64,000 nt of DNA from Eledone cirrhosa. Taxonomy: Eukaryota. The position numbers and the translations under genes were made by a program. Shown here in pieces: positions 30,201-44,100 of the stretch. The stretch is from the NCBI GenBank assembly GCA_964016885.1, contig OZ024740.1, forward strand, positions 28,396,001 through 28,460,000. The letters are read 5' to 3'. Position 1 is the stretch's first letter, and every line of letters starts with the position of its first letter. A model generated the notes under the pieces. The model saw nothing but the letters and a program-made list of their open reading frames with translations, was not told the origin of the DNA and ran no database searches.

Positions 30201-32370
30201 GAGTATATGTGATCTTCCTGAGTATATGTGATTTTCCTGAGTATATGCGAATTTCCTGAGTATATGTGATTTTCCTGACTATATGTGATCTTTCTGAGTA
30301 TATGTGATTTCCCTGAGTATATGTGATTTTACTGACTATTTGTGATTTTCCTGAGTATATGTGATTTTCCTGACTATATGTGATTTTCCTGAGTATATGT
30401 GATCTTCCTGAGTATAAGTGATTTTCCTGAGTATAGGCGATTTTCCTGAGTATATGTGATTTTGCTGACTATATTTGATCTTCCTCTGTATATGTGATTT
30501 CCCGCAATATATGTGATTTTCCTGAGTATATGTGATTTCCCTGAGTATATGTGATTTTCCTGAGTATATGTGATTTTGCTGAGTATATGTGATTTCCCTG
30601 ACTATATGAGATTTTCCTGAGTATATGTGATTTTCCTGACTATATGTAATTTTCCTGAGTATATGTGATTTACCTGACTAGAAGTGATTTTTCTGAGTAT
30701 ATGTGATTTCCCTGACTATATGTGATTTTCCTAACTATATGAGATTTTCCTGAGTATATGTGATTTTCCTGAGTATATGTGATTTCCCTGAATATATGTG
30801 ATTTTCCAGAGTATATGTGATTTTTCTGTGTATATATGATTTTCCTGAGTATATGTGATCTTCCTGAGTATATGTGATTTTCCTGAGTATATGTGATTTT
30901 CCTGAGTACATGTGATCTTCCTGAGTATATGTGATTTTCCTGAGTATATGTGATTTCCCTGAGTATAAGTGATTTTCCTGAGTATATGTGATTTTCCTGA
31001 CTATATGTGATTTTCCTGACAATATGTGATTTTCCTGAGTATGTGTGATTTCCCTGAGTATATGTGATATTCATGAGTATATGTGATATTCCTGAGTATA
31101 TGTGATCTTCCTGAGTATATGTGATTTTCCTGAGTATATGCGATTTTCATGAGTATATTTGATTTTCCTGAGTATATGAAATGTCCCTGAGTATATGTGA
31201 TTTTCCTGAGTATATGTGATTTTCCTGACTATATGTGATTTTCCTGAGTATATGTGATTTCCCTGACTATATGTGATTTCCCGGAGTATATGTGATTTTC
31301 CTGACTATATGTGATTTTCCTGAGTATATGTGATTTTCCTGACTATATGTGATTTTGCTGACAATATGTGATTTTCCTGAGTATGTGTGATTTCCCTGAG
31401 TATATGTGATTTTCATGAGTATATGTGATATTCCTGAGTATATGTGATTTTCCTGACTATATGTGATTTTCCTGAGTATATGTGATCTTCCTGAGTATAT
31501 GTGATTTTCCTGAGTATATGCGATTTTCCTGAGTATATGTGATTTTCCTGAGTATATGTGATTTATTTAAGTATATGTGATTTCCCTGACTATATGTGAT
31601 TTTCCTGAGTATATGTGATTTCCCTGAGTATATGTGATTTTCCTGAGTATATGTTATTATCCTGAGTATTTGATTTTCCTGACTATTTGTGATTTTCCTG
31701 ACTATATGTGATTTTCCTGAGTATATGTGATCTTCCTGAGTATATGTGATTTTCCTGAGTATATTCGATTTTCCTGAGTATATGTGATTTTCCTGACTAT
31801 ATGTGATTTTCCTGAGTATATGTGATTTTCCTGAGTATATGTGATTTTGCTGACTATATGTGATTTTCCTGAGTATATGTGATTTCCCTGAGTATATGTG
31901 ATTTTCCTGAGTATATGTGATTTTCCTGACTATATGTGATTTTCCTGAGTATATGTGATTTTCCTGACTATATGTGATTTACCTGAGTATATGTGATTTT
32001 CCTGACTATATGTGATTTTCCTGACAATATGTGATTTTCCTGAGTATGTGTGATTTCCCTGAGTATATGTGATTTTCATGAGTATATGTGATATTCCTGA
32101 GTATATGTGATTTTCCTGACTATATGTGATTTTCCTGAGTATATGTGATCTTCCTGAGTATATGTGATTTTCCTGAGTATATGCGATTTTCCTGAGTATA
32201 TGTAATTTTCCTGAGTATATGTGATTTATTTGAGTATATGTGATTTCCCTGAGTATATGTGATTTTCCTGACTATATGTGATCTTTCTGAGTATATGTGA
32301 TTTCCCTGAGTATATGTGATTTTGCTGACTATTTGTGATTTTCCTGAGTATATGTGATTTTCCTGACTAT
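21790..32370. repeat. 5,291-bp (279-monomer) tandem duplication, 2 copies
   Basis: ORF pairs 21842/27133, 22750/28041, 23869/29160, 24325/29616 and 25379/30670 are all offset by 5291 = 279x19 - 10 (five 17-mers). The private variant TTTCGTCAG is shared at about 22140/27431. Confidence 0.93.
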
Positions 32371-34180
32371 ATGTGATTTTCCTGAGTATATGTGATCTTC
32401 CTGAGTATAAGTGATTTTCCTGAGTATAGGCGATTTTCCTGAGTATATGTGATTTTGCTGACTATATGTGATCTTCCTCTGTATATGTGATTTCCCGCAA
32501 TATATGTGATTTTCCTGAGTATATGTGATTTCCCTGAGTATATGTGATTTTCCTGAGTATATGTGATTTTGCTGAGTATATGTGATTTCCCTGACTATAT
32601 GAGATTTTCCTGAGTATATGTGATTTTCCTGACTATATGTAATTTTCCTGAGTATATGTGATTTACCTGACTAGAAGTGATTTTTCTGAGTATATGTGAT
32701 TTCCCTGACTATATGTGATTTTCCTAACTATATGAGATTTTCCTGAGTATATGTGATTTTCCTGAGTATATGTGATTTCCCTGAATATATGTGATTTTCC
32801 TGAGTATATGTGATTTTTCTGTGTATATATGATTTTCCTGAGTATATGTGATCTTCCTGAGTATATGTGATTTTCCTGAGTATATGTGATTTTCCTGAGT
32901 ATATGTGATCTTCCTGAGTATATGTGATTTTCCTGAGTATATGTGATTTCCCTGAGTATAAGTGATTTTCCTGAGTATATGTGATTTTCCTGACTATATG
33001 TGATTTTCCTGACAATATGTGATTTTCCTGAGTATGTGTGATTTCCCTGAGTATATGTGATTTTCATGAGTATATGTGATATTCCTGGGTATATGTGATC
33101 TTCCTGAGTATATGTGATTTTCCTGAGTATATGCGATTTTCCTGAGTATATTTGATTTTCCTGAGTATATGAAATGTCCCTGAGTATATGTGATTTTCCT
33201 GAGTATATGTGATTTTCCTGACTATATGTGATTTTCCTGAGTATATGTGATTTCCCTGACTATATGTGATTTCCCGGAGTATATGTGATTTTCCTGACTA
33301 TATGTGATTTTCCTGAGTATGTGTGATTTCCCTGAGTATATGTGATTTTCATGAGTATATGTGATATTCCTGAGTATATGTGATTTTCCTGACTATATGT
33401 GATTTTCCTGAGTATATGTGATCTTCCTGAGTATATGTGATTTTCCTGAGTATATGCGATTTTCCTGAGTATATGTGATTTTCCTGAGTATATGTGATTT
33501 ATTTAAGTATATGTGATTTCCCTGACTATATGTGATTTTCCTGAGTATATGTGATTTCCCTGAGTATATGTGATTTTCCTGAGTATATGTTATTATCCTG
33601 AGTATTTGATTTTCCTGACTATTTGTGATTTTCCTGACTATATGTGATTTTCCTGAGTATATGTGATCTTCCTGAATATATGTGATTTTCCTGAGTATAT
33701 TCGATTTTCCTGAGTATATGTGATTTTCCTGACTATATGTGATTTTCCTGAGTATATGTGATTTTCCTGAGTATATGTGATTTTGCTGACTATATGTGAT
33801 TTTCCTGAGTATATGTGATTTCCCTGAGTATATGTGATTTTCCTGAGTATATGTGATTTTCCTGACTATATGTGATTTTCCTGAGTATATGTGATTTTCC
33901 TGACTATATGTGATTTTCCTGAGTATATGTGATTTTCCTGACTATATGTGATTTTCCTGACAATATGTGATTTTCCTGAGTATGTGTGATTTCCCTGAGT
34001 ATATGTGATTTTCATGAGTATATGTGATATTCCTGAGTATATGTGATTTTCCTGACTATATGTGATTTTCCTGAGTATATGTGATCTTCCTGAGTATATG
34101 TGATTTTCCTGAGTATATGCGATTTTCCTGAGTATATGTAATTTTCCTGAGTATATGTGATTTATTTGAGTATATGTGAT
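30270..34180. repeat. 1,993-bp (105-monomer) higher-order repeat, about 2 copies (second copy has a whole-monomer deletion near 33300)
   Basis: ORFs 30670/32663 and 30735/32728 are offset by 1993 = 105x19 - 2. Shared markers include GAAATGTCCC (about 31178/33171), CCTCTGTAT and TATATTCGAT. Confidence 0.85.
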
Positions 34181-35169
34181 TTCCCTGACAATATGTGATT
34201 TTCCTGAGTATATGTGATTTCCCTGAGTATATGTGATTTTCCTGAGTATATGTTATTTTCCTGAGTATTTGATTTTCCTGACTATTTGTGATTCTCCTGA
34301 CTATATGTGATTTTCCTGAGTATATGTGATATTCCTGAGTATATGTGATTTTCCTGAGTATATGCGATTTTCCTGAGTATATGTGATTTTCCTGACTATA
34401 TGTGATCTTTCTGAGTATATGTGATTTTCCTGAGTATATGTGATTTTGCTGACTATTTGTGATTTTCCTGAGTATATGTGATTTTCCTGACTATATGTGA
34501 TTTTCCTGAGTATATGTGATCTTCCTGAGTATAAGTGATTTTCCTGAGTATAGGCGATTTTCCTGAGTATATGTGATTTTGCTGACTATATGTGATCTTC
34601 CTCAGTATATGTGATTTCCCGCAATATATGTGATTTTCCTGAGTATATGTGATTTCCCTGAGTATATGTGATTTTCCTGAGTATATGTGATTTTGCTGAG
34701 TATATGTGATTTCCCTGACTATATGTGATTTTCCTGACTATATGAGATTTTCCTGAGTATATGTGATTTTCCTGACTATATGTAATTTTCCTGAGTATAT
34801 GTGATTTTCCTGACTATATGTGATTTTGTTGAGTATATGTGATTTCCCTGAGTATATGTGATTTTCCTGGCTATATGTGATTTTCCTGAGTATGGGCGAT
34901 TTTACTGAGTATATGTGATTTTTCTGACTATATGTGATCTTCCTGAGTATATGTGATTTCCCTGAGTATATGTGATTTTCCTGAGTATATATGATTTTCC
35001 TGAGTATATGTGATTTTCCTGAGTATATGTGATTTCCCTGAATATATGTGATTTTCCAGAGTATATGTGATTTTTCTGTGTATATATGATTTTCCTGAGT
35101 ATATGTGATTTTCATGAGTATATGTGATTTCCCTGAGTATATGTGATTGTCCTCAGTATATGTGATTTT

Positions 35170-38100
35170 CCTGACAATATGTGATTTTCCTGAGTATATG
35201 TGATTTTCCTGAGTATATGTGATTTTCCTGAGTATATGTGATTTTCTTGAGTATATGTGATTTTTCTGAGTATATGTGATTTCCCTGAGTATATGTGATT
35301 TTCCTGACTATTTGTGATTTTCCTGACTATGTGATTTTCTTGACTATATGTGATTTTCCTGAGTATATGTGATTTTCCTGACTATATGTGATTTTCCTGA
35401 GTATATGAAATTTCCCTGAGTATATGTGATTTTCCTGACTCTATGTGATTTTTCTGACTATATGTGATTTTCCTAACTATATGTGACTTTCCTGACTATA
35501 TGAGATTTTCCTGAGTATATGTGATTTTCCTGACTATATGTAATTTTCCTGAGTATATGTGATTTACCTGACTAGAAGTGATTTTTCTGAGTATATGTGA
35601 TTTTCCTGAATATATGTGATTTTCTTGACAATATGTGATTTTCCTGAGTGTATGTGATTTCCCTGAGTATATGTGATTTTCCTGGCTATATGTGATTTTC
35701 CTGAGTATATGTGATTTGCCTGAGTATATATGATTTAACTGAGTATATGTGATTTTCCTGAGTATATGTGATTTCTTTGAGTATATGTGATTTCCCTGAC
35801 TATATGTGATGTTCCTGAGTATATGTGATCTTCCTGAGTATATGTGATTTTCCTGAGTATAGGCGATTTTCCTGAGTATATGTGATTTTTCTGACTATAT
35901 GTGATCTTCCTGAGTATATGTGATTTCCCTGAGTATATGTGATTTTCCTGAGTATATGTGATTTTCCTGAGTATATGTGATTTTCCTGACTATATGTGAT
36001 TTTCCTGAGTATATGTGATCTTCCTGAGTATATGTGATTTTCCTGAGTATAGGCGATTTTCCTGAGTATATGTGATTTTGCTGACTATATGTGATCTTCC
36101 TCAGTATATGTGATTTCCCGCAATATATGTGATTTTCCTGAGTGTATGTGATTTTCCTGAGTATATGTGATCTCCCTGAATATATGTGATTTTCCTGAGT
36201 ATATGTGATTTTCCTGTGTATATATGATTTTCCTGAGTATATGTGATTTTCCTGAGTATATGTGATTTCCCTGAGTATATGTGAATTTCCTGAGTATATG
36301 TGATTTTCCTGAGTATATGTGATTTCCCTTACTATATGTGATTTCCCTGACGATATGTGATTTTCCTAACTATATGTGATTTTCCTGACTATATGAGATT
36401 TTCCTGAGTATATGTGATTTTCCTGACTATATGTAATTTTCCTGAGTATATGTGATTTACCTGACTAGAAGTGATTTTTCTGAGTATATGTGATTTACCT
36501 GACTAGAAGTGATTTTTCTGAGTATATGTGATTTCCCTGACTATATGTGATTTTCCTGAATATATGTGATTTTCTTGACAATATGTGATTTTCCTGAGTA
36601 TATGTGATTTTCCTGAGTATATGTGATTTCCCTGAGCATATGTGATTTTCCTGGCTATATGTGATTTTCCTGAGTATATGTGATTTTCCTGCGTATATGT
36701 GATTTTCCTGAGTATATGTGATTTTCCTGAGTATATGTGATTTCCCTGAGTATATATGATTTAACTGAGTATATGTGATTTTCCTGAGTATATGTGATTT
36801 CTTTGAGTATATGTGATTTCCCTGACTATATGTGATGTTCCTGAGTATATGTGATCTTTCTGAGCATATGTGATTTTCCTGAGTATGGGCGATTTTCCAG
36901 AGTTTATGTGATTTTTCTGTGTATATATGATTTTCCTGAGTATATGTGATTTTCATGAGTATATGTGATTTCCCTGAGTATATGTGATTTTCCTCAGTAT
37001 ATGTGATTTTCCTGACAATATGTGATTTTCCTGAGTATATGTGATTTTCCTGAGTATATGTGATTTTCCTGAGTATATGTGATTTTCCTGAGTATATGTG
37101 ATTTTCCTGAGTATATGTGATTTTCTTGAGTATATGTGATTTTTCTGAGTATATGTGATTTCCCTGAGTATATGTGATTTTCCTGACTATTTGTGATTTT
37201 CCTGACTATGTGATTTTCTTGACTATATGTGATTTTCCTGAGTATATGTGATTTTCCTAACTATATGTGATTTTCCTGAGTATATGAAATTTCCCTGAGT
37301 TATGTGATTTTCCTGAGTATATGTGATTTTCCTGACTATATGTGATTTTCCTGAGTATATATGATTTCCCTGACTATATGTGATTTCCCGGAGTATATGT
37401 GATTTTCATGAGTATATGTGATTTTCCTGAGTATATGTGATCTTCCTGAGTATATGTGATGTTCAGGAGTATATGTGATTTTCCTGAGTATATGTGATCT
37501 TCCTGAGTATATGTGATTTTCCTGAGTATATGTGATTTCCCTGAGTATATGTGATTTTCCTGAGTATATGTGATTTTCCTGACTATATGTGATTTTCCTG
37601 AGTATATGTGATTTTCCTGACTATATGTGATTTTCCTGAGTATATCTGATTTTCCTGACTATATGTGATTTTCCTGACAATATGTGATTTTCCTGAGTAT
37701 GTGTGATTTCCCTGAGTATATGTGATTTTCATGAGTATATGTGATATTCCTGAGTATATGTGATTTTCCTGACTATATGTGATTTTCCTGAGTATATGTA
37801 ATCTTCCTCAGTATATAATTTTCCTGAGTATATGCGATTTTCCTGAGTATATGTGATTTTCCTGAGTATATGTGATTTATTTAAGTATATGTGATTTCCC
37901 TGACTATATGTGATTTTCCTGAGTATATGTGATTTCCCTGAGTATATGTGATTTTCCTGAGTATATATTATTTTCCTGAGTATTTGATTTTCCTGACTAT
38001 TTGTGATTTTCCTGACTATATGTGATTTTCCTGAGTATATGTGATCTTCCTGAGTATATGTGATTTTCCTGAGTATATGCGATTTTCCTGAGTATATGTG

Positions 38101-41100
38101 ATTTTCCTGACTATATGTGATCTTTCTGAGTATATGTGATTTTCCTGAGTATATGTGATTTTGCTGACTATTTGTGATTTTCCTGAGTATATGTGATTTT
38201 CCTGACTATATGTGATTTTCCTGAGTATATGTGATCTTCCTGAGTATAAGTGATTTTCCTGAGTATAGGCGATTTTCCTGAGTATATGTGATTTTGCTGA
38301 CTATATGTGATCTTCCTCAGTATATGTGATTTCCCGCAATATATGTGATTTTCCTGAGTATATGTGATTTCCCTGAGTATATGTGATTTTCCTGAGTATA
38401 TGTGATTTTGCTGAGTATATGTGATTTCCCTGACTATATGTGATTTTCCTGACTATATGAGATTTTCCTGAGTATATGTGATTTTCCTGACTATATGTAA
38501 TTTTCCTGAGTATATGTGATTTAGCTGACTAGAAGTGATTTTTCTGAGTATTTGTGATTTCCCTGACTATATGTGATTTTCCCGACTATATGAGATTTTC
38601 CTGAGTATATGAGATTTTCCTGACTATATGTGATTTTGTTGAGTATATGTGATTTCCCTGAGTATATGTGATTTTCCTGGCTATATGTGATTTTCCTGAG
38701 TATGGGCGATTTTACTGAGTATATGTGATTTTTCTGACTATATGTGATTTTCCTGAGTATATATGATTTTCCTGAGTATATGTGATTTTCCTGAGTATAT
38801 GTGATTTCCCTGAATATATGTGATTTTCCAGAGTATATGTGATTTTTCTGTGTATATATGATTTTCCTGAGTATATGTGATTTTCATGAGTATATGTGAT
38901 TTCCCTGAGTATATGTGATTGTCCTCAGTATATGTGATTTTCCTGACAATATGTGATTTTCCTGAGTATATGTGATTTTCCTGAGTATATGTGATTTTCC
39001 TGAGTATATGTGATTTTCTTGAGTATATGTGATTTTTCTGAGTATATGTGATTTCCCTGAGTATATGTGATTTTCCTGACTATTTGTGATTTTCCTGACT
39101 ATGTGATTTTCTTGACTATATGTGATTTTCCTGAGTATATGTGATTTTCCTGACTATATGTGATTTTCCTGAGTATATGAAATTTCCCTGAGTATATGTG
39201 ATTTTCCTGAGTATATGTGATTTTTCTGACTATATGTGATTTTCCTGAGTATATGTGATTTTCCTAACTATATGTGACTTTCCTGACTATATGAGATTTT
39301 CCTGAGTATATGTGATTTTCCTGACTATATGTAATTTTCCTGAGTATATGTGATTTACCTGACTAGAAGTGATTTTTCTGAGTATATGTGATTTTCCTGA
39401 CTATATGTGATTTTCCTGAATATATGTGATTTTCTTGACAATATGTGATTTTCCTGAGTATATGTGATTTCCCTGAGTATATGTGATTTTCCTGGCTATA
39501 TGTGATTTTCCTGAGTATATGTGATTTGCCTGAGTATATATGATTTAACTGAGTATATGTGATTTTCCTGAGTATATGTGATTTCTTTGAGTATATGTGA
39601 TTTCCCTGACTATATGTGATGTTCCTGAGTATATGTGATCTTCCTGAGTATATGTGATTTTCCTGAGTATAGGCGATTTTCCTGAGTATATGTGAGTTTT
39701 CTGACTATATGTGATCTTCCTGAGTATATGTGATTTCCCTGAGTATATGTGATTTTCCTGAGTATATATGATTTTCCTGAGTATATGTGATTTTCCTGAG
39801 TATATGTGATTTCCCTGAATATATGTGATTTTCCAGAGTATATGTGATTTTTCTGTGTATATATGATTTTCCTGAGTATATGTGATTTTCATGAGTATAT
39901 GTGATTTCCCTGAGTATATGTGATTGTCCTCAGTATATGTGATTTTCCTGACAATATGTGATTTTCCTGAGTATATGTGATTTTCCTGAGTATATGTGAT
40001 TTTCCTGAGTATATGTGATTTTCTTGAGTATATGTGATTTTTCTGAGTATATGTGATTTCCCTGAGTATATGTGATTTTCCTGACTATTTGTGATTTTCC
40101 TGACTATGTGATTTTCTTGACTATATGTGATTTTTCTGAGTATATGTGATTTTCCTGACTATATGTGATTTTCCTGAGTATATGAAATTTCCCTGAGTAT
40201 ATGTGATTTTCCTGAGTATATGTGATTTTTCTGACTATATGTGATTTTCCTGAGTATATGTGATTTCCCTGACTATATGTGATTTCCCTGACGATATGTG
40301 ATTTTCCTAACTATATGTGACTTTCCTGACTATATGAGATTTTCCCGAGTATATGTGATTTTCCTGACTATATGTAATTTTCCTGAGTATATGTGATTTA
40401 CCTGACTAGAAGTGATTTTTCTGAGTATATGTGATTTTCCTGACTATATGTGATTTTCCTGAATATATGTGATTTTCTTGACAATATGTGATTTTCCTGA
40501 GTATATGTGATTTCCCTGAGTATATGTGATTTTCCTGGCTATATGTGATGTTCCTGAGTATATGTGATCTTCCTGAGTATATGTGATTTTCCTGAGTATA
40601 GGCGATTTTCCTGAGTATAAGTGATTTTTCTGACTATATGTGATCTTCCTGAGTATATGTGATTTCCCTGAGTATATGTGATTTTCCTGAGTATATATGA
40701 TTTTCCTGAGTATATGTGATTTTGCTGACTATATGTGATCTTCCTCAGTATATGTGATTTCCCGCAATATATGTGATTTTCCTGAGTGTATGTGATTTTC
40801 CTGAGTATATGTGATCTCCCTGAATATATGTGATTTTCCTGAGTATATGTGATTTTCCTGTGTATATATGATTTTCCTGAGTATATGTGATTTGCCTGAG
40901 TATATATGATTTAACTGAGTATATGTGATTTTCCTGAGTATATGTGATTTCTTTGAGTATATGTGATTTCCCTGACTATATGTGATGTTCCTGAGTATAT
41001 GTGATCTTCCTGAGTATATGTGATTTTCCTGAGTATAGGCGATTTTCCTGAGTATAAGTGATTTTTCTGACTATATGTGATCTTCCTGAGTATATGTGAT

Positions 41101-44100
41101 TTCCCTGAGTATATGTGATTTTCCTGAGTATATATGATTTTCCTGAGTATATGTGATTTTGCTGACTATATGTGATCTTCCTCAGTATATGTGATTTCCC
41201 GCAATATATGTGATTTTCCTGAGTGTATGTGATTTTCCTGAGTATATGTGATCTCCCTGAATATATGTGATTTTCCTGAGTATATGTGATTTTCCTGTGT
41301 ATATATGATTTTCCTGAGTATATGTGATTTTCCTGAGTATATATTATTTTCCTGAGTATTTGATTTTCCTGACTATTTGTGATTTTCCTGACTATATGTG
41401 ATTTTCCTGAGTATATGTGATCTTCCTGAGTATATGTGATTTTCCTGAGTATATGCGATTTTCCTGAGTATATGTGATTTTCCTGACTATATGTGATCTT
41501 TCTGAGTATATGTGATTTTCCTGAGTATATGTGATTTTGCTGACTATTTGTGATTTTCCTGAGTATATGTGATTTTCCTGACTATATGTGATTTTCCTGA
41601 GTATATGTGATCTTCCTGAGTATAAGTGATTTTCCTGAGTATAGGCGATTTTCCTGAGTATATGTGATTTTGCTGACTATATGTGATCTTCCTCAGTATA
41701 TGTGATTTCCCGCAATATATGTGATTTTCCTGAGTATATGTGATTTCCCTGACTATATGTGATTTTCATGATTATATGTGATCTTCCTGAGTATATGTGA
41801 TTTTCCCGAGTATATGTGATTTCCCTGAGTATATGTGATTTTCCTGAGTATATGTGATTTTCATGACTATATGTGATTTTCCTGAATATATGTGATTTTC
41901 ATGACTATGTGATTTTCCTGACAATATGTGATTTTCCTGAGTATATTTGATTTTCCTGAGTATATGTGATTTTCCTGAGTATATGTGATTTTCTTGAGTA
42001 TATGTGATTTTCCTGAGTATATGTGATTTCCCTGAGTATATGTGATTTTCCTGACTATTTGTGATTTTCCTGACTATGTGATTTTCTTGACTATATGTGA
42101 TTTTCCGGAGTATATGTAATTTTGCTGACTATATGTGATTTTCCTGAGTATATAAAATTTCCCTGAGTATATGTGATTTTCCTGAGTATATGTGATTTTC
42201 CTGACTATATGTGCTTTTCCTGAGTATATGTGATTTTCCCGAGTATATGTGATTTTCATGAGTATATGTGATTTTCCTGAGTATATGTGATCTTCCTGAG
42301 TAAATGTGATTTTCCTGAGTATATGTGATTTTCCTGAGTATATGTGATCTTCCTGAGTATATGTGATTTTCCTGACTATATGTGATTTTCCTGAGTATAT
42401 GTGATTTTCATGACTATATGTGATTTTCCTGAGTATATGTGATTTTCCTGACTATATGTGATTTTCCTGACAATATGTGATTTTCCTGAGTATGTGTGAT
42501 TTCCCTGAGTATATGTCATTTTCATGAGTATACGTGATTTTCCTGAGTATATGTAATTTCTTTGAGTATATGTGATTTCCCTGACTATATGTGATGTTCC
42601 TGAGTATATGTGATCTTCCTGAGTATATGTGATTTTCCTGAGTATAGGCGATTTTCCTGAGTATATGTGATTTTTCTGACTATATGTGATCTTCCTGAGT
42701 ATATGTGATTTCCCTGAGTATATGTGATTTTCCTGAGTATATATGATTTTCCTGAGTATATGTGATTTTCCTGAGTATATGTGATTTCCCTGAATATATG
42801 TGATTTTCCAGAGTATATGTGATTTTTCTGTGTATATATGATTTTCCTGAGTATATGTGATTTTCATGAGTATATGTGATTTCCCTGAGTATATGTGATT
42901 GTCCTCAGTATATGTGATTTTCCTGACAATATGTGATTTTCCTGAGTATATGTGATTTTCCTGAGTATATGTGATTTTCCTGAGTATATGTGATTTTCTT
43001 GAGTATATGTGATTTTTCTGAGTATATGTGATTTCCCTGAGTATATGTGATTTTCCTGACTATTTGTGATTTTCCTGACTATGTGATTTTCTTGACTATA
43101 TGTGATTTTTCTGAGTATATGTGATTTTCCTGACTATATGTGATTTTCCTGAGTATATGAAATTTCCCTGAGTATATGTGATTTTCCTGAGTATATGTGA
43201 TTTTTCTGACTATATGTGATTTTCCTGAGTATATGTGATTTCCCTGACTATATGTGATTTCCCTGACGATATGTGATTTTCCTAACTATATGTGACTTTC
43301 CTGACTATATGAGATTTTCCTGAGTATATGTGATTTTCCTGACTATATGTAATTTTCCTGAGTATATGTGATTTACCTGACTAGAAGTGATTTTTCTGAG
43401 TATATGTGATTTTCCTGACTATATGTGATTTTCCTGAATATATGTGATTTTCTTGACAATATGTGATTTTCCTGAGTATATGTGATTTCCCTGAGTATAT
43501 GTGATTTTCCTGGCTATATGTGATTTTCCTGAGTATATGTGATTTGCCTGAGTATATATGATTTAACTGAGTATATGTGATTTTCCTGAGTATATGTGAT
43601 TTCTTTGAGTATATGTGATTTCCCTGACTATATGTGATGTTCCTGAGTATATGTGATCTTCCTGAGTATATGTGATTTTCCTGAGTATAGGCGATTTTCC
43701 TGAGTATAAGTGATTTTTCTGACTATATGTGATCTTCCTGAGTATATGTGATTTCCCTGAGTATATGTGATTTTCCTGAGTATATATGATTTTCCTGAGT
43801 ATATGTGATTTTCCTGAGTATATGTGATTTTCCTGACTATATGTGATTTTCCTGAGTATATGTGATCTTCCTGAGTATATGTGATTTTCCTGAGTATAGG
43901 CGATTTTCCTGAGTATATGTGATTTTGCTGACTATATGTGATCTTCCTCAGTATATGTGATTTCCCGCAATATATGTGATTTTCCTGAGTGTATGTGATT
44001 TTCCTGAGTATATGTGATCTCCCTGAATATATGTGATTTTCCTGAGTATATGTGATTTTCCTGTGTATATATGATTTTCCTGAGTATATGTGATTTTCCT

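Noticed and set aside
30909-30916. CATGTGAT, an exact match to budding-yeast CDEI (RTCACRTG) on the minus strand
   Set aside because: It comes from a single private substitution in one monomer, with no CDEII or CDEIII context.
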